From IMG/VR virus record IMGVR_UViG_3300042868_009074, positions 62,001-126,000 of that record: a DNA stretch of 64,000 bases; one strand, given 5' to 3'. The notes beneath the pieces were generated by a model that was not told where the DNA came from, ran no database searches, and was given only the letters and a program-made list of their open reading frames with translations. Shown here one piece after another: positions 18,985-28,249 of the stretch (its first letter is position 1; every line of letters begins with the position of its first letter). The translations under genes were made by a program, and so were the position numbers.

Positions 18985-19388
18985 TAGCTTTCCTTTTTAA
19001 ATTCCTGGAATGTTTTATCACCAACACCAAAGTATTCTCTAGCTAAACCAGATTTTACGATAGCTTCGTTTAGACATTCTCCTGCTTCGTTCCATACTCT
19101 AGCAAGGATTCTTCCATATTTTTCATTTTTATCAAGAATTGTTTCTATTTTAACTTTTTTACCGGCAGCTGTAATCCATTGGTCGGTAAACTCTTTTGCA
19201 GCAAGTCCCATTTTCTTTTCTTCAAGATTTGTAGTACGGCTTTCCGGCGTATTCACGCCATAAAGTCTTACGCTTTTTGGCCCAAACTTTACTTCAAAAC
19301 CAAGATCAACTACGATCTTAAAGGTGTCTCCATCTACTACTTTAATTACTTCTGCATTGTATAAATATACATTAAATTTTTCTGTCAT
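18984..19388 (-). CDS. Thermonuclease (SNase) family nuclease
   Basis: VVDGDT, VRLYGVNTPE, KYGRILA. Confidence 0.9.
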   Translation of the reverse strand: MTEKFNVYLYNAEVIKVVDGDTFKIVVDLGFEVKFGPKSVRLYGVNTPESRTTNLEEKKMGLAAKEFTDQWITAAGKKVKIETILDKNEKYGRILARVWNEAGECLNEAIVKSGLAREYFGVGDKTFQEFKKES

Positions 19389-19389
19389 T

Positions 19390-20193
19390 TTAATCTCTTT
19401 CTATTCCTATATGATCACATGCTTTTCTAAATATTTCTCTACTTATAGGGAAATAGGAATCTGCATGACTGACTCCTTGACCTGGTTTTGGTGTCGATGC
19501 GTGCCAACTGTGCCCTATCGAAACACTTCCATCGTAAACTACATTATACCCTAGATGTCTAGCAAAATATGAACACCAAGTTTCCTCATAATAGTGAGGG
19601 GTAGGAAGAAATGCCCCAATTGCGTCTGGGTATATTTCTCTATATTTTTCATTATTAGTTAGTGCGTCCCATACTTCTCTTCTAACAAAATAGGCAGATC
19701 CTGAAACTGTAACGCACTCTATGCGATCTCTATAAGCGGTATCTTGCGGATCAGGCTCTCTCCATGCTCTATGCTTTGGTTCAGTATTAGTTCCGATAAT
19801 TCCGGCATGGGTGATATAGCCTTGTTCATCTCTTTGCTTTGGTCCAAGAATATGGATTTCAGGATTCTCATCAAAAATCTGTTGAATCTTATAAACATCT
19901 GAGCTTGTCATCCAGATGTCTCCGTTTAGTACAGCTACTATGTCAGAAGATGTTTTACTTGCCATATAGTTTATAGCTGCAGAGTATCCTATATTCTTTC
20001 TAAGATAAGTTCTATCTATTTGATATCTTTCTTCATTTTCCCTAAGCCATGGAATAAAGTCATCTGTTGACTCATTATCCATTATTTGAAGAGTCCATAC
20101 TTTTTCTACTGAGTCTAAATCGGAATGTAACACGTCCAGCATTCTTTGCAGAAGCGGTCTTGTATTATAGTTAACTACACAAAGGTCTATCAT
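19390..20193 (-). CDS. Glycosyltransferase family 2
   Basis: VVNYNT, DNESTD, NIGYSAAIN, LNGD, VSGSAYFVRR, YYEET. Confidence 0.85.
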   Translation of the reverse strand: MIDLCVVNYNTRPLLQRMLDVLHSDLDSVEKVWTLQIMDNESTDDFIPWLRENEERYQIDRTYLRKNIGYSAAINYMASKTSSDIVAVLNGDIWMTSSDVYKIQQIFDENPEIHILGPKQRDEQGYITHAGIIGTNTEPKHRAWREPDPQDTAYRDRIECVTVSGSAYFVRREVWDALTNNEKYREIYPDAIGAFLPTPHYYEETWCSYFARHLGYNVVYDGSVSIGHSWHASTPKPGQGVSHADSYFPISREIFRKACDHIGIERD

Positions 20194-20444
20194 TATATTT
20201 TTCCTACTGTCATATTAAATGCTTCCGACGGATTGATGCCCATATCTAAATAGCAATTAAATTTTTCATTTGCTGCTGATATTGTTTCTTTTTCAAAGAA
20301 CTCTATAAGCCTATTACCGTATTGTATGAAATCAGCTTTTGGTTGATCTTGATCATTAAAACTTTTTCTTTTCGACAAGATGAAACAAGCCAACAAAGCA
20401 GTAGCAATAGAGGTTACTATTAAATTTTCAGTATTCTTCTTCAT
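20193..20444 (-). CDS. Hypothetical protein with N-terminal hydrophobic segment
   Basis: LIVTSIATALLACFIL. Confidence 0.6.
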   Translation of the reverse strand: MKKNTENLIVTSIATALLACFILSKRKSFNDQDQPKADFIQYGNRLIEFFEKETISAANEKFNCYLDMGINPSEAFNMTVGKI

Positions 20445-20670
20445 ATTCCTCCTGAGCTTCACCTGAATGATATGTCTTATTGCACCAATCTTCGATCTGC
20501 AATGCTACATCCATCCAAGCCTGTGATTCATCATCGTTCTGACAAGTTACGGACATATCTGAGTATACCTGGATAATATGATTCATTACCTCTATGTCAG
20601 CTACAAAAAGAGCTTGACCTGGTACAAGTTTAACACTTACCTTTTTCTTATATGACTGCTTTTTAGTCAT
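20428..20670 (-). CDS. Hypothetical protein
   Basis: ORF in the operon; start reassigned to MTKKQ. Confidence 0.6.
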   Translation of the reverse strand: MTKKQSYKKKVSVKLVPGQALFVADIEVMNHIIQVYSDMSVTCQNDDESQAWMDVALQIEDWCNKTYHSGEAQEEYEEEY

Positions 20671-20899
20671 CTGTTTTTTTCTTTCTCTTGTTTGTTTTTT
20701 CTTCTTCAATAGATGGATCTATAGGATATACGCAAAGATTATCGGTATCTGGCTCAAGTGTAATAAATAAAACTATTTTATCCTGTTCAGAATAACCTTC
20801 TGGAGGTGGACTCTCCGCTGCTATTTTCTTTGAAGAACAACCATAGACTTGGCTATGGTTTTTATACATTACTAAATAATTCAGCTTAGATGCTGGCAT
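20663..20899 (-). CDS. Hypothetical protein
   Basis: 78-aa ORF, translationally coupled. Confidence 0.65.
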   Translation of the reverse strand: MPASKLNYLVMYKNHSQVYGCSSKKIAAESPPPEGYSEQDKIVLFITLEPDTDNLCVYPIDPSIEEEKTNKRKKKTDD

Positions 20900-21348
20900 T
20901 ATATTCCCATCTCAATAGTGCTTACTCCGGCTTTGTGCAAAAAACTTTCTACATTTTTCCATTGAAAATAACTTTCATCCTTAACATAATATACTTCTTC
21001 TATTGTACTATTAGCTACAAGCTTTGCGCAAGAAAAACATGGTGGTCCATTTACATATAACTTTGTAGGTTTAGAACTGTAATCAGAATGTAAAAACGCA
21101 TTAGCCTCTGCATGTACTGCTATGCAGTTATCGTAATCAGATCCACTTGCAGACATGTCTTGGAATCTAGGACAACCGCCTTCATCGCAGTGTTGAAAAC
21201 CTCTTGGGCCTCCATTGTAGCCTATTCCGACTATGTGATCGTCTTTGTCCAATAGGACAGCTGCATACTTTTTCTTCCCACATGTCGAGAATATCTTGGC
21301 AGCAGAAAAGCAAAGTTCTACGTATTGTCTATCTTTTCTTTTTAGCAT
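20899..21348 (-). CDS. dCMP deaminase
   Basis: GYNG, VHAEANA and PCFSC zinc-deaminase motifs. Confidence 0.9.
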   Translation of the reverse strand: MLKRKDRQYVELCFSAAKIFSTCGKKKYAAVLLDKDDHIVGIGYNGGPRGFQHCDEGGCPRFQDMSASGSDYDNCIAVHAEANAFLHSDYSSKPTKLYVNGPPCFSCAKLVANSTIEEVYYVKDESYFQWKNVESFLHKAGVSTIEMGI

Positions 21349-21350
21349 AA

Positions 21351-21518
21351 TTACACTAAGGTTAAAGACAGTCCAGCTAATAGTGTTACAGAAAGAATCA
21401 TTGCTATGACTCTAATTCTTACCTTCTTATCTTCAATTGCTTGAAGTACTATCTGAAGACTTACGCTCCATGAAATTAGAATTGCAAATAAAATTATAAA
21501 TAATATTTGTTTAAACAT
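21351..21518 (-). CDS. Small two-TM membrane protein (55 aa, not in ORF track)
   Basis: MFKQILFIILFAILISWSV...IAMILSVTLLAGLSLTLV*. Confidence 0.6.
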   Translation of the reverse strand: MFKQILFIILFAILISWSVSLQIVLQAIEDKKVRIRVIAMILSVTLLAGLSLTLV

Positions 21519-22245
21519 TAGATACATCTACCAATCTAGATATTGATACCGGGAATAAAGGCTGCGCCAAAAGATAAATTGCACTGGCATACTTTTGTAT
21601 TTCTACCTGAGAGTCTTCTGCTAATCTTTGGTTTAAGAATAAGCACACAGACTGTAGACTGCAAGACCACCTATAAGTTACATACATCGAATATGCAGGG
21701 AGAAATAATCTAGCCTGTTCTGGAGCAATCCCATATTCCATCGCAAGGTTATATAGGGCTTCACCTTTTTCACAATAAGCAACTAATTCGCTATGCAATA
21801 AAGACCCTATGAAAGGATCGGCTAACCCCATAGAACCTTGCTTTTTGTCTTCTGGGGCTAAACGCCATTCATCTGAGTTAGGAATATAGAATTCTGGATC
21901 CATAGTTATGTATCTTCTTGAAGATTCATTCCAAGAATCCATAGTGTGATCAGAGCCTACAACATATTTCCAATGTTGTCTGGCAACCATTAGTGGAGCC
22001 TTGAACTCGAATGTCATAAAAGCGTGCCTAAACGGTGACATGTGATTTTCTCTAGCTAAATAGTCTAGTAACTTTGCATCTTTTGGAGTCATTGACTCTG
22101 CCTCTTTAGCAAAAGAAGCTCTTGCAGCGTTTACTACAGAAAGATCAGAACCCATATAGTCTATTAACTTTACGTATCCATGGTCCAATACCTGTATAGC
22201 ACTATTATCTTCTATGTCTGATACTAGCTCAGTAGTCATCGTCAT
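21511..22245 (-). CDS. thyX: Flavin-dependent thymidylate synthase
   Basis: VNAARASF, HMSPF, VARQ and NESSRRY motifs. Confidence 0.92.
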   Translation of the reverse strand: MTMTTELVSDIEDNSAIQVLDHGYVKLIDYMGSDLSVVNAARASFAKEAESMTPKDAKLLDYLARENHMSPFRHAFMTFEFKAPLMVARQHWKYVVGSDHTMDSWNESSRRYITMDPEFYIPNSDEWRLAPEDKKQGSMGLADPFIGSLLHSELVAYCEKGEALYNLAMEYGIAPEQARLFLPAYSMYVTYRWSCSLQSVCLFLNQRLAEDSQVEIQKYASAIYLLAQPLFPVSISRLVDVSNV

Positions 22246-22585
22246 CTTCACTTTCTTCTTCATCATCATCATATGTATCGAATTCTAAATCTATACTATT
22301 TAAGTCTATCATATCATCGATGAAATCAATAGATAATTTATAAATTGTAGATAACATTTCTTGCATATCATCAGTTAGGTCCACTGGAGACTCGTTGATT
22401 ATGCAAAGTATTATTGAATTTATTTCTTGACTTAGTTCATTTAAAGCGTTTAATAAAAGTATGTTTTCTTTAATAGAAGAAAATGTTTCTGATTTAACTA
22501 CAGAATCAAAATCTTCTATATTAGAAAGTTTCATAATTTCAGCAAACGTTTTATTGAAATCATCTTCTTCATTCTTGCCTGACAA
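22229..22585 (-). CDS. Acidic hypothetical protein
   Basis: 118 aa with a D/E-rich tail, GGAG SD, TTG start. Confidence 0.65.
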   Translation of the reverse strand: MSGKNEEDDFNKTFAEIMKLSNIEDFDSVVKSETFSSIKENILLLNALNELSQEINSIILCIINESPVDLTDDMQEMLSTIYKLSIDFIDDMIDLNSIDLEFDTYDDDEEESEDDDDY

Positions 22586-22594
22586 GACGATCTC

Positions 22595-24703
22595 CTAATT
22601 TTTAACGTTATCTTTTATTAACTTGATCTCACATGAATCTGTTGTGCAATATGATTCTCCGATAGCATCAGCTGCCATACCGGCGTAGACTCCAGAGAAA
22701 TCTATTGGGAACAACTTCTTCTCTCCCTCTTCGTGATACTGCTCTTCTGTAATTTGGGTATAAGGCATCTGTGGATAAGTAAAGTTGCCCGAAGGTAAAA
22801 ACGAAACAGTCTTAAGCTGACCATCATACATATGAAGTACAGTCCCCACATGTTCAGATTCTGTTTCTGGGTCAAAAGAAATAGTTACTGAAACTGAGTT
22901 ATCAGACCAGTATCTTTGTGCAACTGCAGCTAAAGACATTTTTTCAAAAATTGTTACATCACGTTCAGCACGTCTTGCATCAGACTTGATTGGAAAGTAA
23001 ACGACAGAAGTTGTATCTGGAGATTCAGCTGCTGGTTCTACCTTATAGTTAGCCATTACAAACAAAGGAAGCATAGGATCATCGTTTGAGAATCTGATTG
23101 TTCTATTGAAGTATTTGCCACCTGGGGTCCAGTGAACACCAGGAGATTCTCCAGCCAGAATTGAAACAGTTCCAGAAGGCTTTACTGTCGTCATCTTGAT
23201 CGACTCGCGAACTCCAAGCCATTCAGAATAGATATTGTCATATCTTTGGACCGTCTTGTAACCTTGATCCATCCATTCTCTGAGAACTGGCATACCGTTA
23301 GTGTCGGCAAAGTCTGCAACACCGGACATTGACGCACCGATTCTACGATTTCTCTGCATGATTGCATTTGTCTCTTCCCAGTGAGTTGGAAGAAGAGTTA
23401 CCGTCTTAGCGTACAGGTATGCAAACTTTAGCGTACGCTTAAAATCTTCGAGAGATTCATGTCTACCTAAGTATGTTTCTACCAAAGTACAGCACTCGTA
23501 AGACTCTAGGGACTGTTCTGCGCATGGATTAAATCCAACAACTCTATGGTCTTTATTATTGGCAGGATCGGCTAGACGACCGTATTTACGTGCCATGTCC
23601 ATCCAGATTACTCCGGGTTCACCATTTCTAGCAATGCCATCAACTATAGGAGTAAGATCTTGGCCAACTGATACTTCGACTGAGTTGTTAGACATCCATC
23701 CCCAACCTGGATTTTGAGAATCATAAGAGTTTCTCTCAGGGAACACTTCAGCATTCTTTAAGTTTAAGAAATCTTGATCATCAATTCTTCCAATCAAAAG
23801 TTCAGCTGAACGTCTAACATTACCTGACACAACACATACTCCAATAAGATTGCCTATGTCTGCAATATCTCTACGGGTTAGTTTATCTCCACTACGTCCA
23901 TCAAATATATTTCTAATTGCGTTGTGCAGCTTGATTAGAGGAGCTGGTCCTGAAGCAGTGCCGCCAAATGTTTGGATTGGACTACCTAATGGTCTAATTA
24001 ATGAGTAGTCAAATTGAATCGTACTCTGCTCTGGTTTAAGGTAAGAGTTAATTAAATCTCCAGTTGCTCTTGCCCAGCTTTCTCTGTCGTCAGCGATAAT
24101 GTCTGTAGTCACCTTCTCTACTGGCTTATATATAGTGAAGTCTTTATCCGCACCCTTGTCGTCAAAGCCAACTCCAACTCCAAGCATCGAGGCTTCCATG
24201 AGGAACATGAATGGTTTAGATGGATTGGCTTTTGACATTTCTGCAGTGCTGACAAATGCACAGTTCTGAAGGGCTGCAGAGTTCTTGTGTACATTGACGA
24301 TCTTGGTACCCATCATCCATAGTCCACGTCCAGGTGGAGTCCACTTAAGGTTGAATAAACGGTCGAAAGCGTCTTTTGCGCTGGCTTGAGCCTTTACATC
24401 ATTCCATGGAAGACGACTTGACTTACAATGGTCTTTTTGCAAAGAATACATTCCATTAATTACTCGCTCACAAACATCAGCCCAAGTCTCTTTTGTCCCA
24501 TCTTCTTTTAATCTAGAATAAGTTCTTAAGAATGTTATTTCACCTACTGAGTTTCCAGCTGCGTCTCTATACCCAAAAGGGGCAATTCTGCTCCTATATC
24601 CATCTACGAAATCATCTGTAAGTCTAAAGGAAAACATTGATGCATTTTTAGTTGAAGCAGATGTAATACCTATGGTGTCTTGAGGTGCTGTTATAATTTC
24701 CAT
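22595..24703 (-). CDS. nrdJ: Class II (adenosylcobalamin-dependent) ribonucleotide reductase
   Basis: RTYSR, PPGRGLW, NCAF, GNVRRSA, NPCAEQ, TTVKPSGT and C-terminal CTTDSC. Confidence 0.93.
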   Translation of the reverse strand: MEIITAPQDTIGITSASTKNASMFSFRLTDDFVDGYRSRIAPFGYRDAAGNSVGEITFLRTYSRLKEDGTKETWADVCERVINGMYSLQKDHCKSSRLPWNDVKAQASAKDAFDRLFNLKWTPPGRGLWMMGTKIVNVHKNSAALQNCAFVSTAEMSKANPSKPFMFLMEASMLGVGVGFDDKGADKDFTIYKPVEKVTTDIIADDRESWARATGDLINSYLKPEQSTIQFDYSLIRPLGSPIQTFGGTASGPAPLIKLHNAIRNIFDGRSGDKLTRRDIADIGNLIGVCVVSGNVRRSAELLIGRIDDQDFLNLKNAEVFPERNSYDSQNPGWGWMSNNSVEVSVGQDLTPIVDGIARNGEPGVIWMDMARKYGRLADPANNKDHRVVGFNPCAEQSLESYECCTLVETYLGRHESLEDFKRTLKFAYLYAKTVTLLPTHWEETNAIMQRNRRIGASMSGVADFADTNGMPVLREWMDQGYKTVQRYDNIYSEWLGVRESIKMTTVKPSGTVSILAGESPGVHWTPGGKYFNRTIRFSNDDPMLPLFVMANYKVEPAAESPDTTSVVYFPIKSDARRAERDVTIFEKMSLAAVAQRYWSDNSVSVTISFDPETESEHVGTVLHMYDGQLKTVSFLPSGNFTYPQMPYTQITEEQYHEEGEKKLFPIDFSGVYAGMAADAIGESYCTTDSCEIKLIKDNVKN

Positions 24704-24713
24704 TTTTCTCCTG

Positions 24714-25421
24714 TTATTTACTACTTATTAATTTTATATATTTTGGATTCAGTTTTTGTAATTCGAGTTGTTTTATCTTAAGAATTTGATCATATGAGTA
24801 TACACTATATATCTCTCTCTCGAAGAAGTATCCGCTTCTCCAATTGAGTATTTTATTTAAAGAGTTCTTATGATTAGTAAAGATATTAGAGATTACAGCT
24901 CCACCATATATTCTTACTAGATTTTGCAGTTTGGTAGTTATTTCTTTTCTATTAGAATCAGTAATTGCTCCACTATTCTCGGCTTCTGCGTACAGCCAGT
25001 TTGAAGCCTGTCTAGTAAGAGGAGAGTAGTCTATTGGATCTATGACTCCAATGTCTAATAGATTTTTTCTATTGTTTTGAATTAAGATATCTTTTTTAAC
25101 CACATCTTGAAGCAGAGAAAACCAGTCTTTTTCTTTAAGCTGGCCCCATGTTGTGCACCAGAATAAAATCAAATGGACAGGATCTGGTATTGTAGTCTTT
25201 TCGTAAGTAGGAAGCAACATTGTGCACGCAATAATTCTTTTGATATCTTCTTTGGAAAGATCCAAGTTTTTATTTTTACTCTCAAGATTTAACCACAACT
25301 GATTTATGTGCTTTGACCAATCACTATCACCTATGTACAAATTGAGATATTTTTGAGCAGTGTCTATGGACAATATCCCCTGTTCGGTGACCTTTGTCAA
25401 TTCCTGTAAAGACATATCCAA
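24714..25421 (-). CDS. Hypothetical protein
   Basis: 235-aa ORF, GAGG SD. Confidence 0.7.
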   Translation of the reverse strand: MDMSLQELTKVTEQGILSIDTAQKYLNLYIGDSDWSKHINQLWLNLESKNKNLDLSKEDIKRIIACTMLLPTYEKTTIPDPVHLILFWCTTWGQLKEKDWFSLLQDVVKKDILIQNNRKNLLDIGVIDPIDYSPLTRQASNWLYAEAENSGAITDSNRKEITTKLQNLVRIYGGAVISNIFTNHKNSLNKILNWRSGYFFEREIYSVYSYDQILKIKQLELQKLNPKYIKLISSK

Positions 25422-25460
25422 TCCTCTTTATCTTTGTTAAAAGATGTAAAACTGCTGTAT

Positions 25461-25504
25461 AAAAATTGAATCCCGTCCTAATCTATATAGGACGGGAGTT
25501 CAAA
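25461..25504 (-). terminator. Intrinsic terminator
   Basis: TTGAAcTCCCGTCCTA-loop-TAGGACGGGATTCAA followed by TTTTT on the minus strand. Confidence 0.75.
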
Positions 25505-25555
25505 TGTGTTGTGCCTATAGAGTATACCACAGGCTATGTTGTTTACCTTGTCGGG

Positions 25556-25849
25556 TTAATGACTTGTTTTATTAAACTTCTTTTTTCTAATATCTTTTTC
25601 CAACAACAGATGAACAGTTAATCCTGTCCATATTATTATTGGTATTAAACTCTTTAATGGCTTCTCGGTATTTCTCCAAAATGCTCTAGTCAAGGTTTCT
25701 GCCTTCTGTGTTTTTATTGCATAAGCATCATATGCTATGACACTAGCTAGAAGAAAAGCCCATGCAATATTACCAGAAAGTTCATCTCCCTTTTTTAATA
25801 CTATAGGATTAGAATAGTAATTAGAGAGCTTTTGAAGAGGCGACGCCAC
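25556..25849 (-). CDS. Small membrane protein
   Basis: Two hydrophobic segments (IAWAFLLASVIAY; LIPIIIWTGLTVHLLL); start uncertain (GTG 25849). Confidence 0.55.
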   Translation of the reverse strand: MASPLQKLSNYYSNPIVLKKGDELSGNIAWAFLLASVIAYDAYAIKTQKAETLTRAFWRNTEKPLKSLIPIIIWTGLTVHLLLEKDIRKKKFNKTSH

Positions 25850-26456
25850 GCCACTCTTGAACTTTGTTTTTGCCATAGTTGTTATCATAGCCGGTTGGGA
25901 TTGCTTGTCCAAATTCTGTTGGGAATACTTTAGCACTTGCTACACCCTGATATTCATCTGGTCTAAAGAGACCAAAAGTAGATGGTGCACCCTGTTCATC
26001 AGTTCTTGCAGCGTGACCAGTGTTTGCGAAAGCCTGAGCTGATGCAACACCCTTGAATGTGTACTGACGAACCTTGTAATCGTTTTCTCTCTCTACGTGT
26101 CCAAAGGCTGTAGGGAAGGCCTGAGCCCCCGCAAGACCTTTATATTCCATAGGGCGGAATCTAGCACCGTCGTAAGTAGCAGTACCGTCAGGGAAGGTCC
26201 CAGCAAGAGGATGGATATAGAGGGTTGATCCGTTAAAGATCTGCGACAAGAATACATCACCGGGGAAGTATCCAGTACCTGGCGTGTGGTTATTGTCTGG
26301 GGCACCATCTAAGATATGACTTGTGCCATATAGTGGGTAATATGAATAAGTTCCGGTACCTTTGGATTTTCCTGAAAGAGAGGTGTATGGATTAACCATC
26401 TCATTTGTATTTTGACCCTTTAAAACTGGTCTTGGTCCTACGTAAAATGTAGCCAT
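25821..26456 (-). CDS. Hypothetical (putative virion) protein with four internal repeats
   Basis: Strong AAGGAG SD; repeats KGLAGAQAF, KGVASAQAF, QGVASAKVF, RGVASSKAL. Confidence 0.75.
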   Translation of the reverse strand: MATFYVGPRPVLKGQNTNEMVNPYTSLSGKSKGTGTYSYYPLYGTSHILDGAPDNNHTPGTGYFPGDVFLSQIFNGSTLYIHPLAGTFPDGTATYDGARFRPMEYKGLAGAQAFPTAFGHVERENDYKVRQYTFKGVASAQAFANTGHAARTDEQGAPSTFGLFRPDEYQGVASAKVFPTEFGQAIPTGYDNNYGKNKVQEWRGVASSKAL

Positions 26457-26489
26457 TTCATTCTCCTTATGCGAGTGTCATCGTGTATG

Positions 26490-26499
26490 TATATAGTAA
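26490..26499 (-). promoter_or_regulatory. Putative late-promoter motif TTACTATATA
   Basis: Identical 10-mer also at 28239-28248 and 41025-41034, each 28-42 nt upstream of a start codon in the virion module. Confidence 0.5.
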
Positions 26500-26523
26500 A
26501 ATAGGTTTTGTTTTTTTTAATCT

Positions 26524-27786
26524 TTAATTATACTTAATTATTAGGTCGGAAAGAACGGGTGAAGTTCCGTCACCTAACTGATTTAAAGTTACTTCTACCC
26601 AGACAGAAGTCGAACCATTTGGATTCTCTTCTGTGTATATTCCAGAATCCTTGTAAATTATTCTATAGCTGAAAGCAGTTGGGATTAATTCTTCTGGTAC
26701 GTTATAAATTTTAGGTATAACGTCTGTTACTTCATATATAAGAGTGTCTTGAGGTGCTGTAAATTTAATAATGGTTCTACCCGATGGCATGAAGCTATCT
26801 GACCTTATGTCTAGGTCTGAAAGACCGTAGGTATATACGTATTTACCATTTTCTTTAATATAGTTTCTCTGTCTCATATTTATTCTTAAACCAGTTATGT
26901 TTACTGGTGGCAAGTAAAAGCCAACGGGACCAGAATTAAGTATTACATCAGATCCAGATATAGACCAACCGCCAGGAGGAATCTTTCCAATAGCTTCACT
27001 TACTCCATCATATAATTTGTTAAAGTTAAGAGGCACCCAGGTATCTTTAGGGGTTAAACTAGGGTTTTGAGTAGAGGTGTACTCAATTGAAAGAATGTCA
27101 ACTCCGAAAATAGGGTAAGGAGTAAGGGCAACAAAATTACTATTATCGTTACCACCATATGAAGTCGGTATTTTAATGTACAAATAGGTCTGAGCATTCA
27201 GGCCCATTGCGCTATCGACTATTATGTTTCTCTTCCAGAACTTATCAGAGTTATCTAGAACGGCGTTATAGACAGGTGTTGTATCTATGACTGCACCTGG
27301 TTTATCAACGCTTACAAATACATTGTCAACTTTAGTCTCAAAAAAGTTTGGCACTACTTGACCTATAAAACTATTAAAGAACTTGATCTTAGAGTGCGAA
27401 GCACCGTCTATCTTTGGAAGAGTGAGTATATTATGTATGTAATCAAAGCTTAAAATATCAGAACTAGAGATTGCAAAATCTGTATTCAACATTGAAACTG
27501 GGTCTAATTGAGAGTAATTATATATAGAAAGCTTCTTCTGCCCAGAAGCGGAACTTTCTATTGCGTTTAGCCTATCCTCTATATCCCCAATGGCTTGTGA
27601 CATAAACAAGTGGTCTTTGAGCACTCTTTCAAAAGCCTGCTTTAGCTTTTGATCCAGGATTCCGGACCTATTGTACAACTGAACCAGGTCCTGGTAGTTT
27701 TGCTCTATTTTAAGATTAAAATCAGAACTATTAACTGGACCATTATATTGAGTCGTGTTTTTTTCTGTGTTTGTATACTCTGGCAT
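26524..27786 (-). CDS. Putative virion structural protein
   Basis: 420 aa; N-terminal YNGPVNSSDFN plus coiled coil, C-terminal SPVL strand shared with neighbours. Confidence 0.65.
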   Translation of the reverse strand: MPEYTNTEKNTTQYNGPVNSSDFNLKIEQNYQDLVQLYNRSGILDQKLKQAFERVLKDHLFMSQAIGDIEDRLNAIESSASGQKKLSIYNYSQLDPVSMLNTDFAISSSDILSFDYIHNILTLPKIDGASHSKIKFFNSFIGQVVPNFFETKVDNVFVSVDKPGAVIDTTPVYNAVLDNSDKFWKRNIIVDSAMGLNAQTYLYIKIPTSYGGNDNSNFVALTPYPIFGVDILSIEYTSTQNPSLTPKDTWVPLNFNKLYDGVSEAIGKIPPGGWSISGSDVILNSGPVGFYLPPVNITGLRINMRQRNYIKENGKYVYTYGLSDLDIRSDSFMPSGRTIIKFTAPQDTLIYEVTDVIPKIYNVPEELIPTAFSYRIIYKDSGIYTEENPNGSTSVWVEVTLNQLGDGTSPVLSDLIIKYN

Positions 27787-27793
27787 GATGAGC

Positions 27794-28211
27794 CTATTGT
27801 CTTTCTAACCTGTTGACCCTGTACATAGCTTTGGCTAAGCGAGATGACAGGTAATCCATTGTTTGCACTTCTTTAATTTCCTTATAAGTCGATGCTGTTT
27901 TCCATTTTGAATAAAAAGTTAAATCATCGATTAAACCAGAATTTATTGATAAAACCCTAGATCCGGTCTTGTTTTAAGGAGGTAAAAGTATCGTCAGATT
28001 CTTTGTCTAAAATTAATTTTACCTTATTAAGTATATCTACATCAATGTTTTCTAGTTCGTTAAATAACCTATAGATGTCTAAGTATATTTGATCTGAAGC
28101 TAGGTTTTCCTGATGACTCTTCCTAGGAGATCTATAGTAAGATCTGAACCTTTTAAAAAGAGGTTCTCTTATTTTCAAATTTGTAGTACCATCTGTATAT
28201 GATGTAGGCAT
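27794..28211 (-). CDS. Putative virion protein, 138 aa, needs +1 recoding at CGGA 27962-27965
   Basis: ...LKQD-G-SRVLSINSG...RVNRLERQ*; restored stop lies 7 nt before the next ATG. Confidence 0.75.
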
Positions 28212-28238
28212 TAAATAAACTCCCAATTACTGTTATTC

Positions 28239-28248
28239 TATATAGTAA
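28239..28248 (-). promoter_or_regulatory. Putative late-promoter motif TTACTATATA
   Basis: Second copy of the 10-mer, in an intergenic gap. Confidence 0.5.
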
Positions 28249-28249
28249 C

